IMG/VR virus record: IMGVR_UViG_3300029821_000006
Coordinates: 1-52,738 of that record
Length of the DNA: 52,738 bases
Reading direction: 5' to 3' (one strand)
Source of the DNA: a virus
This document shows positions 1 to 10,400 of the stretch, piece by piece; the stretch's first letter is position 1; every line of letters begins with the position of its first letter. The notes under the pieces were generated by a model. The model worked only from the letters and a program-made list of their open reading frames with translations, had not been told where the DNA came from and searched no databases. The position numbers and the translations under genes are program-made.

Positions 1-127
1 TGCCAGCTGCAAGCACGACGGTTCCAAGTAATCCATTCGGTGAAGGGCCTGGTACTGAATAATGCTGACCCCGGAACAATTAAAGATAATCCCGGAAGGT
101 ATGGTGGGCCTTTACCAAGATCTAGAA
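1..127. repeat. Terminal direct repeat, copy 1 (identical to 52612-52738); circular-contig overlap
   Basis: Read directly: both copies run tgccagctgcaagcacgacgg...ctttaccaagatctagaa. The portal stop and the next gene's start are duplicated. Confidence 0.9.
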
Positions 128-1270
128 GAATTCGTCATTAAAGACTTTGCCAGGCGGGTTGCCAAAGCCGGGAAAATTACAGCAACAGCCGAATGGCAGG
201 CTATCAGAGCCGAAGAAATTGGCATGGCCATGTTTGAACTCGAAAAAGAAATAAAACGGATCACAAAGCTGTCTCAAGACGAAATTGACGCATTGATGCA
301 TGACGTTGCAGAGTTATCTTTGCAGAATGATAACCCTATCTATGAACAGATGGGGAAAAAGGCGCCAAACATTGAAAAATCTGTCACGCTGCAGAGCTAC
401 ACTGCAGCGGCGGCTGAACAAACAAAGGGTGAGCTTTTCAATATGTCCCAGTCGCTCGGTTTTGCCAGAATGGTTGGTGGAAAAATTGAGTATCTGCCCA
501 TGTTTGAGTTTTACAACAAAGCTTTAGATTTAGCACAGTTTCAAGTATCAAGTGGTGTGCTGGATTACAATACCGCCACCCGGAATGCAGTTAAGCAGAT
601 TGCCCAAAGCGGTTTGAGATGGGTTGATTATGAATCAGGATGGCATAACCGGGTTGATGTGGCCGCCAGACGGGCAGTGATGACCGGCGTTAATCAGATG
701 TCAAGCAAGATGAATGACCAGGTCGCAAAAGATCTCGATGCTGATTATGTGGAAGTAACGGCCCATGCCGGCGCAAGGCCTGATCATGCTGAATGGCAAG
801 GGAAGGTGTTTAAGATACATGGCAGCGCAAAGGGATACCCGAATTTAGCAGCAACTACTGGTCTTGGAACAGTCACTGGATTATGTGGGGCAAATTGCCG
901 CCATAATTACTATGCGTTCTTCCCGGGGGTATCGGTTCCAACATATTCCGAAAAAGAGCTGAAAAAGATCGACCCGGAACCGTTCGAGTATGAAGGCAAT
1001 ACTTACAACCATTACGAAGCTACCCAGAAGCAAAGACAGATCGAGACGGCTATGCGGCAAAGCAAAAATGAATTGATCGGTTATGATGCGATGGGCGATA
1101 AAGATGCCTTTACGACGGCCAGCATAAAGCTTCAGAGACAAAAACAGTTTTATAAAGAGTTTAGTAAGGTGGCTGGGTTGCCGTTGCAGAATGAGCGGCA
1201 CCAGGTGCTTAAGTTTGATAAGAGCATTAGTCAGAAAGGGGTTTGGGCTGGTAAAAAGGCGCATAAATAG
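62..1270 (+). CDS. Head morphogenesis / minor capsid protein (SPP1 gp7 / Mu F-like)
   Basis: 402-aa ORF directly after the portal gene. Motif TAHAGARPDHAEWQGKVF and CGANCRH are typical of the Mu F/gp7 family. Confidence 0.85.
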   Translation: MLTPEQLKIIPEGMVGLYQDLEEFVIKDFARRVAKAGKITATAEWQAIRAEEIGMAMFELEKEIKRITKLSQDEIDALMHDVAELSLQNDNPIYEQMGKKAPNIEKSVTLQSYTAAAAEQTKGELFNMSQSLGFARMVGGKIEYLPMFEFYNKALDLAQFQVSSGVLDYNTATRNAVKQIAQSGLRWVDYESGWHNRVDVAARRAVMTGVNQMSSKMNDQVAKDLDADYVEVTAHAGARPDHAEWQGKVFKIHGSAKGYPNLAATTGLGTVTGLCGANCRHNYYAFFPGVSVPTYSEKELKKIDPEPFEYEGNTYNHYEATQKQRQIETAMRQSKNELIGYDAMGDKDAFTTASIKLQRQKQFYKEFSKVAGLPLQNERHQVLKFDKSISQKGVWAGKKAHK

Positions 1271-1279
1271 GAGGATCTT

Positions 1280-1456
1280 ATGAAGATACAGGATTTGCCC
1301 CATAAATTTTGCAAGAAAAATTGCCCATTGATTGATTTAAAAGTTCAAACAACAGAGTGGGGATATTTTAACGAGAAAACAACTGAGTATGAATTGGTTT
1401 GCTGCAATTATCCGAAGTGTCAAGAGTTTCTCGATTTAATGAATAAGGAGGATTAA
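1280..1456 (+). CDS. Small Cys-rich hypothetical protein (58 aa)
   Basis: AGGAGG 5 nt upstream of ATG. MKIQDLPHKFCKKNCP...CCNYPKCQEF. Below the ORF-track cutoff. Confidence 0.45.
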   Translation: MKIQDLPHKFCKKNCPLIDLKVQTTEWGYFNEKTTEYELVCCNYPKCQEFLDLMNKED

Positions 1457-1457
1457 C

Positions 1458-1577
1458 ATGCATCATTACATCACAAAATATTGGGAAGACGGTGTTCATT
1501 ATGCGGTTGCGTGGTTTCAGATTAATTTGTTTAACTGGTGTTTTTGCTTATGGCAACGAAAAATAGTAATTCCGTAG
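1458..1577 (+). CDS. Small hypothetical protein (39 aa)
   Basis: AAGGAGG 6 nt upstream of ATG; MHHYITKYWEDGVHYAVAWFQINLFNWCFCLWQRKIVIP. Confidence 0.35.
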   Translation: MHHYITKYWEDGVHYAVAWFQINLFNWCFCLWQRKIVIP

Positions 1578-1589
1578 GGAAAAAAGTTA

Positions 1590-1736
1590 ATGATATTTGC
1601 GAAAATTATATTAGTGATCATGGAATTAACGTTATTAGGCCTAATGATATGGCACGGTTTCGTTTTTAAGATCGGCTCGTTTATCGCTTTAGAAATTTAC
1701 CCAATGAGTCGATTTTTCAAAAAGAAGGAGGAATAA
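1590..1736 (+). CDS. Small hydrophobic membrane peptide (48 aa)
   Basis: MIFAKIILVIMELTLLGLMIWHGFVFKIGSFIALEIY...KKKEE: one or two TM segments, basic tail, weak RBS. Confidence 0.35.
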   Translation: MIFAKIILVIMELTLLGLMIWHGFVFKIGSFIALEIYPMSRFFKKKEE

Positions 1737-1741
1737 TAACA

Positions 1742-1921
1742 ATGGCTGATAAAGGATTAAATTATATCGCTGTTACTGACAGCAAAACCGGCGAGTTGTT
1801 GGGTTTTGTGAGCTTAACAGATGGCGAAACAATTCAAGCTGAGGGAGTCGATATCCGTATGGGATATGGCGAACCTGAGTTTATTGAACGTGATGGTAAA
1901 GTTTTTATGAAAGTTGGGTAG
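1742..1921 (+). CDS. Small hypothetical protein (59 aa)
   Basis: AAGGAGG upstream of ATG; MADKGLNYIAVTDSKTGELLGF... Confidence 0.5.
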   Translation: MADKGLNYIAVTDSKTGELLGFVSLTDGETIQAEGVDIRMGYGEPEFIERDGKVFMKVG

Positions 1922-1957
1922 AGCGAATAGTGCTTGCCAGAGAAAGGGATTAATAAT

Positions 1958-2170
1958 ATGACATTAAAAGAATTGTTTGTTAACGCTGCAAATGGTGCAG
2001 AAAATTGTAAGGTTATCTTGGGGATCAGAATGCCCGACGGAACAAAAGAAATTATCATCAACGATAATGTTCAAAACAAAGTCGATTATGTTTGTGTAAA
2101 ATATGACGATGATCTAAAAATGATCGGCGTCCCGATTTTCATTGAGGAATTTCTGTTCATCAAGAAGTAG
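1958..2170 (+). CDS. Hypothetical protein (70 aa; the track ORF starts at TTG 1934)
   Basis: ATG at 1958 inside track ORF 1934..2170, followed by a terminator. Confidence 0.5.
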   Translation: MTLKELFVNAANGAENCKVILGIRMPDGTKEIIINDNVQNKVDYVCVKYDDDLKMIGVPIFIEEFLFIKK

Positions 2171-2174
2171 CACT

Positions 2175-2197
2175 GCACCTTAACCGGTGTTTTTTTA
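2175..2197 (+). terminator. Rho-independent terminator (GCACC-ttaacc-GGTGT + T7)
   Basis: Hairpin plus T-run read directly. Near-identical to the terminator at 18392-18415. Confidence 0.6.
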
Positions 2198-2382
2198 TTG
2201 TCCAAAATCTTTAGTAAAGGAAGTGGTCGATAATCTCCCCTCGCCGGGGTTAAGGTGCGACCTGGATAAGTCGTTAAACGGTCTATTTTTAATACCTAAA
2301 ATTCGGCTACCCTGCAAGCCTACGAAAGCAGGACCATGGGTGACAGCGACCACCTAAAACGCTTAGTGGGAAAGGATAAGAG

Positions 2383-2991
2383 ATGAAAACAGAAGACTTA
2401 ACAGCATTAGGATTGTCAGAAGACCAGATTAAGAGCGTATTTGCGCTAAACGGAACAGATATCGAGAAATTTAAAACAGACGTCGAAAAGCATAAATTGG
2501 AAGTTGCTAAGGCAAAAGAAGAACTGGAAGGCGTTAAAACTCAACTAGGAGAAGCTAATACAGCGATCAAAGGATTTGAAGAATTGGACGTGGATGGGAT
2601 TAAAAAGGCCGCTGAAGAGTGGAAAACAAAGTATGAACAGGATACCGAAGCCCTTAAAACACAAATGTCTACCAAAGAGTATGAATTTGCAGTAGATAAG
2701 TTTTTGGGTGGGGTTGAGTTTAGCTCAGAGCTGGCCAAAAAGGCAGTGTTTGCAGAGTTTAAAGACAAGGGCTTCAAGCTGGAAGAAGGAAAGTTCTTAG
2801 GGGCTGATGATTATATCACATCCCTCAAAGCAAGTAACCCGGCTGCGTTTGTTATTGATACTACGCCTGAGCCAGAACCACCTGGTGTTGTTGTAAACAC
2901 CGGCGGAACCCATGGCGGCGGTATTCGGACCGTCGATCACAACGCTATTTCAGATGATCAATTCTTTGAAATGGCATTCGCAAAAAAATAA
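2383..2991 (+). CDS. Scaffolding protein (phage GP20-like)
   Basis: Coiled-coil, acidic 202-aa protein immediately upstream of the major capsid gene. The N-terminus MKTEDLTALGLSEDQIKSVFALNG is typical of the family. Confidence 0.8.
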   Translation: MKTEDLTALGLSEDQIKSVFALNGTDIEKFKTDVEKHKLEVAKAKEELEGVKTQLGEANTAIKGFEELDVDGIKKAAEEWKTKYEQDTEALKTQMSTKEYEFAVDKFLGGVEFSSELAKKAVFAEFKDKGFKLEEGKFLGADDYITSLKASNPAAFVIDTTPEPEPPGVVVNTGGTHGGGIRTVDHNAISDDQFFEMAFAKK

Positions 2992-3014
2992 ATTAAAATT
3001 TAAGGAGAAAAAAT

Positions 3015-4151
3015 ATGGCAAATGAATTTTTAGATGTAAAAGTAATTGCAAGACTTACCTTGCAGCGGTTAATTGAAAACATGGTGTTCCCAAACCTGAT
3101 TTATCGTGATTTCTCAAACGATTTTCAACCCGGTAAAGGAGCAAAGATTCAGGTTAAAAAGCCGGTTGTGTTGACTGCCAAAGATTTCGATGAAGAAACC
3201 GGAGTAACTGCACAGGATATCAAAGAGTCCAGCGTGGAAGTAACATTGGATAAATTGGCAACAGTTGATGCCGAATGGGGAGCAGTAGCCGGGGCGACAA
3301 GCATTGATGATCTCAATCGATTATTTATCGAACCTTCTGCAGTAGCTTTGGCAGAAAAGATTAACAGTGACGGATTATTTTTGTATAAGGATATCCCCTA
3401 TACAGCTGGTACGGCAGGAACTACGCCAGCATCACTGGATGTTATTGCCAACGCAAGAAAGGCGCTAAACATTAACAAGGTGCCACTGGCTGGCCGTGTG
3501 GCCGTATGGGACCCAGAAGCTGAGGCATCATTGAGTACCCTTGACGCAATTGCAAATGCCGAGAAATCAGCAAGCACTGCCGCACTTCGGGAAGGTGAAT
3601 TGGGACGGCTGTATTCGTTCAACAACTTCATGGCGCAGGGTATCAAAACGCACACTGCCGGAACTTTGGTGGTTGGTGGTGGAACATCTCCTAAGATTGT
3701 GCCTAAAGCGATTGTAGCCGAAGGCACTACTAGCATGACACTGGCCGTAACCGGCGGAACCAGCCCGACCTTAACCGGTACATTGGTTGTTGGTGACATC
3801 CTGACGATCAAAGGAAAAACCTATACCGTCGTAACCGGCGGAACTGCTGCCGCTAATGAACTAGCTGTGACTGTTTACCCGGCTTTACCGGATTTAGCAG
3901 TAACTGATGAAATCACCGTGGCCGCAAGCCACACAGCGAATCTTGGGTTTGCGCCTCAAGCGTTTGCATTTGTTACCCGTCCGCTGACATTGCCATCTGG
4001 TGTTGAAGCCTATGTTGTTTCTTACAATGGCGTTTCCATGCGTGTTGTTAAGGGGTACGACATCAAATATAAGAAAGAAACGATCTCCATGGACGTGCTC
4101 TATGGTTACAAAACCATGTATCAGGAGCTGGCTGTTCGTATCTTAGGTTAA
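3015..4151 (+). CDS. Major capsid protein
   Basis: 378 aa, strong RBS, position after the scaffold, Ala/Thr/Gly-rich composition typical of capsid proteins. Confidence 0.85.
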   Translation: MANEFLDVKVIARLTLQRLIENMVFPNLIYRDFSNDFQPGKGAKIQVKKPVVLTAKDFDEETGVTAQDIKESSVEVTLDKLATVDAEWGAVAGATSIDDLNRLFIEPSAVALAEKINSDGLFLYKDIPYTAGTAGTTPASLDVIANARKALNINKVPLAGRVAVWDPEAEASLSTLDAIANAEKSASTAALREGELGRLYSFNNFMAQGIKTHTAGTLVVGGGTSPKIVPKAIVAEGTTSMTLAVTGGTSPTLTGTLVVGDILTIKGKTYTVVTGGTAAANELAVTVYPALPDLAVTDEITVAASHTANLGFAPQAFAFVTRPLTLPSGVEAYVVSYNGVSMRVVKGYDIKYKKETISMDVLYGYKTMYQELAVRILG

Positions 4152-4155
4152 GATT

Positions 4156-4494
4156 ATGGTATATGTAGATTCTACTTACTACACCAACAATTACGGGGGA
4201 AAACTGGTAAAGTCTGATGATTTTATCCGGCTTTCCTCCATGGCTACGGCCTACATTAACCAGATAACCATGGGCAGAATCACAGACGATGTCATAGATC
4301 CCGTTAAAATGGCCACTTGTGCAGTAATGGATGAGCTATTCAAACAAGAAAAGGGGCCAGAGATTGCCAGTGAATCAGCTGGGAAAGAATCAAGGTCATA
4401 TGTGGCTTCGGGGAAGTCAAATGAACAAAAACTCAATGAAGCGGCTCGAGTATGGTTGGCGAGTACCGGGTTATTGTATCGAGGTCTGGAATGA
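4156..4494 (+). CDS. Head-tail connector / head completion protein (positional call)
   Basis: 112-aa ORF directly after the capsid gene, in the tightly packed structural operon. Confidence 0.6.
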   Translation: MVYVDSTYYTNNYGGKLVKSDDFIRLSSMATAYINQITMGRITDDVIDPVKMATCAVMDELFKQEKGPEIASESAGKESRSYVASGKSNEQKLNEAARVWLASTGLLYRGLE

Positions 4495-4910
4495 TTACCA
4501 ATGCTGATATGACAATCTATAACAAATATTATGACCGCGTATTGGAGAAAGATGTTTATTGTCGGGCGTATCTTTATGACATCAACTGGCAAGGATCAAG
4601 GGCCGTTACGGTAAGTGATAAAGGTTTGCTGACAGCAGATATTACAGAGGTTCTGATTGACCGGGACGTAACTACAGATAAGACTTACCTGAAACCTAAG
4701 GCATGGGCAAGATCTAATCAGAAGGATCAATATTTTACACTAAATGCCGGTGACATTATTGTCAAAGGGATTGTCGACTTTGATCTGACAGGGGTTAAGC
4801 CAAACAATCTGGAGGGCCTAAAAAATACCTACGATGATGCATTTACCATCATTTCCGTTGTTGATCTGACAGATGCATCACTTCCACACTGGGAGATTGG
4901 AGCGAAATAA
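4491..4910 (+). CDS. Head-tail joining protein (positional call)
   Basis: ATGA start/stop overlap with the upstream gene at 4491-4494. The track ORF 4452..4910 extends upstream without an RBS. Confidence 0.6.
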   Translation: MITNADMTIYNKYYDRVLEKDVYCRAYLYDINWQGSRAVTVSDKGLLTADITEVLIDRDVTTDKTYLKPKAWARSNQKDQYFTLNAGDIIVKGIVDFDLTGVKPNNLEGLKNTYDDAFTIISVVDLTDASLPHWEIGAK

Positions 4911-5290
4911 TGAGTATGAAAGTTAAGATCAATATTGATTCTGCACAAAAGATTCTATTGAAAAGGGGCCTTAACCAAGGGGGGGCGGTGCAGAGGAAAT
5001 TTACCCACGAGGTAAGGGACAAGGCTGATAAATACGTACCATACAGGACAGACACTTTAAAAAATACAGCCATTGAAAAAGTAGACAAAATTGAATATAT
5101 CCAACCGTATGCCCAATATTTATGGTATGGAAAAAAAATGGCAGGGAATCCTCTGAAAGTAACAGATACAGATTTGAATTTTTACGGTGCCCCGATGCGT
5201 GGGCGTTTTTGGGTTTTAAGGATGTGGGCAGACCGAGGCAATGATATTGTGAAGACTATGGAAAAATTCGTCGGAGGTAAGCCAGAATGA
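4910..5290 (+). CDS. Minor capsid / tail-completion protein (HK97 gp10-like, positional)
   Basis: 126 aa, translationally coupled in the structural operon. Confidence 0.6.
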   Translation: MSMKVKINIDSAQKILLKRGLNQGGAVQRKFTHEVRDKADKYVPYRTDTLKNTAIEKVDKIEYIQPYAQYLWYGKKMAGNPLKVTDTDLNFYGAPMRGRFWVLRMWADRGNDIVKTMEKFVGGKPE

Positions 5291-5712
5291 CGATCATTAA
5301 ATACATTCGAGATTTTATCAAGACCTGTCCATACCTCGACGAGTATCACCGGGGCATTGGTGTTGATTATCTCAAAGAAGACGCCACGGCCTACATGATT
5401 GAAAGTGTCCCGGTTGATCCAATCTTCAAGAAATACACAGATGGTGGATCCGTGCGACAGTTTGCTTTTAACTTTTGCAGTCGCGAGCCTTATGGCTCTG
5501 ATGTCTTAGAAAATCTCGACAACATCGGGTTCTTTGAGCACTTTTCAGAATGGTTAGAGATCTGGACGGATTCCGGTGATTTGCCAACCATGAATGAAAA
5601 CCAGATCCCGGTATCAATCCAGGCGACCACTCCGGGATATATGTTCAATAACGAATTGGACAAAGCACAGTACATCATACAGTGCAATTTTAAATATAAG
5701 CAGGAGGCTTAA
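5287..5712 (+). CDS. Tail terminator-like structural protein (positional)
   Basis: 141 aa; 4-nt overlap with the upstream gene; precedes the major tail gene. Confidence 0.55.
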   Translation: MTIIKYIRDFIKTCPYLDEYHRGIGVDYLKEDATAYMIESVPVDPIFKKYTDGGSVRQFAFNFCSREPYGSDVLENLDNIGFFEHFSEWLEIWTDSGDLPTMNENQIPVSIQATTPGYMFNNELDKAQYIIQCNFKYKQEA

Positions 5713-5715
5713 AAC

Positions 5716-6225
5716 ATGAGTGAAATATTAGTAAAAAGAAGTGACAAGCTTGCATTTTATGGAGTGCCGGCCGAAGGAGTTGGAACTATTGCCTATCATC
5801 GGATGAGAAGCTTTACGGATTCCAGCACTAGCAAAAATGCTAAAGAATACAATCGGCAATATATGGATGAGGATTTCGAGCGAACCGATTTAATTGGGTT
5901 TAGCCCGTCAATGGCTTATGGATTCGATCAATACACCGATAACCCCGTGCACGATGATATCGTGGCTTTGACTGACAGTGAAACGCTGGGAACGGCCGCT
6001 ATTCGCTCAATCATCATAGTGGATTTAACGGACTTTACTACAGTTGAAGAGATTACCACATACGCAGCGAGAAAGCGTGATTTTACAGTTATCCCTGACA
6101 GCGAGGGAGATTCTACGGATGCTTACACCTATAGCGGCACATTGAAATCGAATGGTGCTATGGCAAAAGGCACTGTTGTCTTGGATGCTGATAAAAAAAT
6201 CGCAACATTTACCGCTGCAGCCTAA
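5716..6225 (+). CDS. Major tail (tube) protein
   Basis: 169 aa, upstream of the chaperone and tape-measure genes. Confidence 0.65.
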   Translation: MSEILVKRSDKLAFYGVPAEGVGTIAYHRMRSFTDSSTSKNAKEYNRQYMDEDFERTDLIGFSPSMAYGFDQYTDNPVHDDIVALTDSETLGTAAIRSIIIVDLTDFTTVEEITTYAARKRDFTVIPDSEGDSTDAYTYSGTLKSNGAMAKGTVVLDADKKIATFTAAA

Positions 6226-6238
6226 GGAGGATTAACTA

Positions 6239-6622
6239 ATGATAGAAATTAATGGTGTTGAGCTTGAATTAGATTTAATGGATGCAGATGTGGCCGATTC
6301 CTTCCAGGACGCGATAAACGAATTAAGTATTAAAGCAGAAAAAACGGATCGGCTTGGCGATGCGATCAGACAGCAATGTGTGATTGTAAATGATTTCTTT
6401 GACAAGGTGTTTGGAGAAGGCGCGGCGGATGCAGTTTTTCAAGGTAAAATGAACCTAAAAAACTCACTCGCGGCATTTGAAAAAGTAATTAATGAAATAC
6501 CGAATGCACAAGAGAGCATTCACGAGCTTACGTCAAAATATGCAAAAAAAACAGCAAAACCAATGGATCATTTGCCCAAAACAAAGCCGGTCACTAGTAA
6601 GAAGTTTGTTCTGGCAAAATGA
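6239..6622 (+). CDS. Tail assembly chaperone
   Basis: 127-aa acidic protein between the major tail and tape-measure genes. Confidence 0.6.
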   Translation: MIEINGVELELDLMDADVADSFQDAINELSIKAEKTDRLGDAIRQQCVIVNDFFDKVFGEGAADAVFQGKMNLKNSLAAFEKVINEIPNAQESIHELTSKYAKKTAKPMDHLPKTKPVTSKKFVLAK

Positions 6623-7212
6623 ATCTACTGACAAAGGCGCTACCACAAACAGTGGCGGTTGATGGGATTGATTATCCAGTCGATACTGATTTTCGGTTGA
6701 TGGTAGAATTTGAAATTATCACAAATGGACCTGGGACAATGGAAGACAAAGGCGAAATGATAATGCCGCTTGTTGACCGTTTTTTTTGTGGCTACATTGG
6801 TTTTGATGTCAATCATGCCATTGAGCGATTCATGTGGTTTTACCGATGTGATGATCAACCCCAAAAATCCTACGAGAACAATGATGAAAAGGATAAAGCG
6901 CCAAGGCCTGTTTATTCATTCGATATTGATGCCCCGTTGATTTACGCGGCATTTATGGACCAATATAGCATTGATTTGGTGTGCATTAAATATTTGCATT
7001 GGTGGGCGTTCCGGTCGCTATTATCAGCATTGCGAGATGACCATGAGTTTAAAAAAATCGTGGGGTATCGGACGATGAAGATCACGAAAGATATGTCGCC
7101 GGAACAAAAGAAAGCTTATCGGGAATTAAAACGGATACACCGACTACCCGATTATCGGTCAGAAGAAGAAAAGGAAAGCGAATTTGCCAACAGCCTGGAC
7201 GCTTTGTTTTAG
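6619..7212 (+). CDS. Phage Gp15-family protein (second tail chaperone position)
   Basis: N-terminus LPQTVAVDGIDYPVDTDFRLMVEFEII resembles the Gp15 family; ATGA overlap with the upstream gene. Confidence 0.6.
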   Translation: MNLLTKALPQTVAVDGIDYPVDTDFRLMVEFEIITNGPGTMEDKGEMIMPLVDRFFCGYIGFDVNHAIERFMWFYRCDDQPQKSYENNDEKDKAPRPVYSFDIDAPLIYAAFMDQYSIDLVCIKYLHWWAFRSLLSALRDDHEFKKIVGYRTMKITKDMSPEQKKAYRELKRIHRLPDYRSEEEKESEFANSLDALF

Positions 7213-7218
7213 GAGGGG

Positions 7219-7374
7219 ATGGATATTGAAAAGAAAGTGAAGTGCCCATATTGCGGGTACGAGATGCCCATAACGTATGACGATGAATGCGCAGAAAGCA
7301 AAGGTGTTTTTGTCGTTTGCAAAGGGCGTAATTGTAAGAAAAAATTTGAAATTAAGATAGAAAAAGTCAAGTAG
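7219..7374 (+). CDS. Small zinc-ribbon protein (51 aa)
   Basis: AGGAGGGG RBS; MDIEKKVKCPYCGYEM...VVCKGRNCKKKF has CxxC plus CxxxxC. Confidence 0.5.
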   Translation: MDIEKKVKCPYCGYEMPITYDDECAESKGVFVVCKGRNCKKKFEIKIEKVK

Positions 7375-7422
7375 AGCCTGAGATGCCGATGACGAATCAC
7401 AACTAAAGGTGGTGAGAACTCA

Positions 7423-10400
7423 TTGGCTGATGGCAAAATTATTATTGAAACCGGTATTGATACCAGTGGTATCGATAAAGGAACTAAGAGTTTAAAGTCT
7501 CAAGCAGCGTCTTTAGCTGCTGAATACCGAAAAGCTGGAATGGATCAATCTGAGGCTATGAAAAAAGCGTGGTCTGAGATTGACCGGGCAAGCTCAAGCG
7601 GATCGAAAAAATTAAAAGATGACCTCGATGACGTAGGGAAACATTCTGATAATCTAAGCGGGAAGCTTTCATCCATGGGCAGCATTGCAGCAAAAGGGCT
7701 GACGATTGCTGCGTCTGCGGTAGCAGCGGCCGGGGCAGCTATGGCAGCTGCTGGCGGTTACGCTATAAAAATGGCTTCGGACTTGTCAGAAGTTCAGAAT
7801 GTTGTTGATACAACCTTTGGTGCCAATACAGAAACAATAAATAAGTGGTCAAAAGATGCTGGAACAGCTTTTGGACTTTCAGAGCTGGAAGCTAAAAAAT
7901 ACACATCAACACTTGGCGCTATGACTAAATCAATGGGGTTGACAGACACTCAGACACTTGAGATGTCTCAAGGTTTAGCGGGATTAACTGGGGATATGTC
8001 ATCGTTCTACAATCTGGATCATGATGAAGCATTTGACAAAATTAGATCAGGTATATCAGGCGAAACAGAGCCGCTAAAACAACTCGGAATCAACATGTCA
8101 GTCGCCAATCTTGAAGCTTATGCGTTGAGTCAAGGCATTACAACAGCTTATGATGCCATGTCAGAGGCTGAAAAGACAACGCTTCGATATAACTATCTGA
8201 TGCAGGTTACTGCTGATGCACAGGGAGATTTTGCTAAAACATCCGGTTCCCTTGCGAACCAGGTTCGAATTGCTCAACTACAAGTCACGAATTTAGCCAG
8301 CTCGGTAGGGTCAGCACTACTTCCAATGGCAACCGAAGCGATGACAAAGCTTGCCGGAATGGGCCAACAACTCAATGATGCATTTAATTCTGGTGGTATT
8401 GATGGGCTTGTGTCTGAAATTGGCACTGTATTAGCCGACCTAGTTCAGATGGTTGCTGAGTATTTGCCGGGTATGGTAGATATGGGCGTAAAAGTCATAC
8501 AGTCCCTTATTGATGGGCTTATTACGAATATGCCAGCGATTATGACGGCTGCCGTTACGGTGATCACAAGTCTGTTGACTGGTATATTAGGTATGCTTCC
8601 TTCCATTTTGGAATTAGGCATACAGATGATCGCTCAATTGGCCATTGGTTTGGCTCAGGCTTTGCCAACTCTGATACCAGTAGCTATTGAAACTATTTTA
8701 AATCTAATCACAACACTGCTTGATAACATCGATTTAATAATCAATGCTGGCATTGCGCTGATCGGCGGATTGGTGGAAGGGTTAATTGCAGCGATCCCGA
8801 TAATAATTGACAAACTACCTGAAATTATTGAAAAAGTAATTAATGCAATCGTCAAAAATGCACCAAAACTAATTGTTGCTGGGATAGAACTGATTATTCA
8901 AATGGCTATTGGATTGGTTAAGGCGATTCCACAACTGATTGCGGCGTTGCCAGAAATAATCATGGCATTGGTGACTGGTTTGATTGAAGCAGGGCCGGCT
9001 TTAGCTGAAGCAGGATTTACCATAATGCTAATGATCCAGGATGCGTTTGCTTCTGGTTGGCAGGCGATTAGCGAGTGGTTCGCACAGCTTCCAGAAACAA
9101 TAGGTACATTTCTTTATAATGCGCTCGTATCAATTGCTAAATGGGGATTACAAGTCCAGACTGATATGCAAAATGCGGCAATGAACGCCGTCAATGCGGT
9201 TGGTAAGTGGTTTAGTGAATTACCGGGAAATATTGCCTTTGCACTTGGCGTTGCCATCAGAAATATTATTGATTGGTGCATTGAAACACCTCAAAAAATG
9301 CAACAAGCAGCAGATGATGCTATCACAGCTATTGGGGAATGGTTTTCACAGTTGCCAGGAAACATCTGGAACTGGTTGACAGAAACCGTTGCTAATATGA
9401 TTCAATTCGCTGTTGACATGGGTGAAAATGCTACCACTGCCGGCAACAACGTGTTCGAAAATATTGTCAGCATAATCCAAGGACTACCCGGTGCACTTTA
9501 CACGCTGGCGACGAATATGATTTCCGAGATTGCGAGAGGAATCCAGGAGACTGCTTCTAATGTTTATGATGCCGTTACGGGTCTTGTCAATGACATCCTA
9601 ACAAAATTCAAAGAAGGGCTAGGAATTGCGTCACCGGCGAAGGAACTTATCGAGATAGGGAAGTACATGATTCAGGGGTTGATCAATGGATTAAACGGCG
9701 ACAGCCTGATGGCTTTTGTGAACAGCATGATTCAGGATTTAAAAGATAAATTCTCGTCCGGAAGTTTCAACCTCAAAGCGGCCATTGATTTTATCGGTAC
9801 CGGTGCAGCTGAGTTTTTTAAATCAATTGGAATTGGCGGATCTGATTTCGGCGGACTGACCGTTCCCGTTGATGGTGCGATCACATCCGGGTTCGGATAC
9901 AGGGACGATGTTGGTGACGTTGGAACGAAAGACCATGCAGGAATTGACATCGGAGTACCTGAAGGGACACCGGTTGGTGCAGCAGGAGCCGGTACAGTAA
10001 CTCAAGCGGGATGGAATGACGGATATGGTAATTCCGTAACAATCGACCACGGGAATGGGCTAGAAACATTATATGGGCATCTATCCGAAGTTTTAGTAAG
10101 CGTCGGGCAAATGGTTACCCAACTACAGACAATTGGTCTTTCCGGGAACACCGGAAACTCAACCGGCCCCCATCTCCATTTCGGCGTGTATCAAGACGGG
10201 GCAGCAATTGACCCTTCTTCTTTATTTGGCTTAGCTACTGGAACTAACCGGGTTCCACGAACAGCACCATATTTGCTTCATAAAGATGAGGCTGTTATAC
10301 CGAAGAAGTATAATCCGTATATAAACGGAGGTCCCGCTTTCTTTGCTGGTATCGCTGAGAAGATGCAGGCTGCGGTGGCCGAAGAATCATACAAATGGAT

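Noticed and set aside
6239-7212. Programmed -1 frameshift joining the two tail chaperone ORFs
   Set aside because: The second ORF has its own ATG in an ATGA overlap, and no slippery heptamer is visible near the junction. They look like separate coupled genes.
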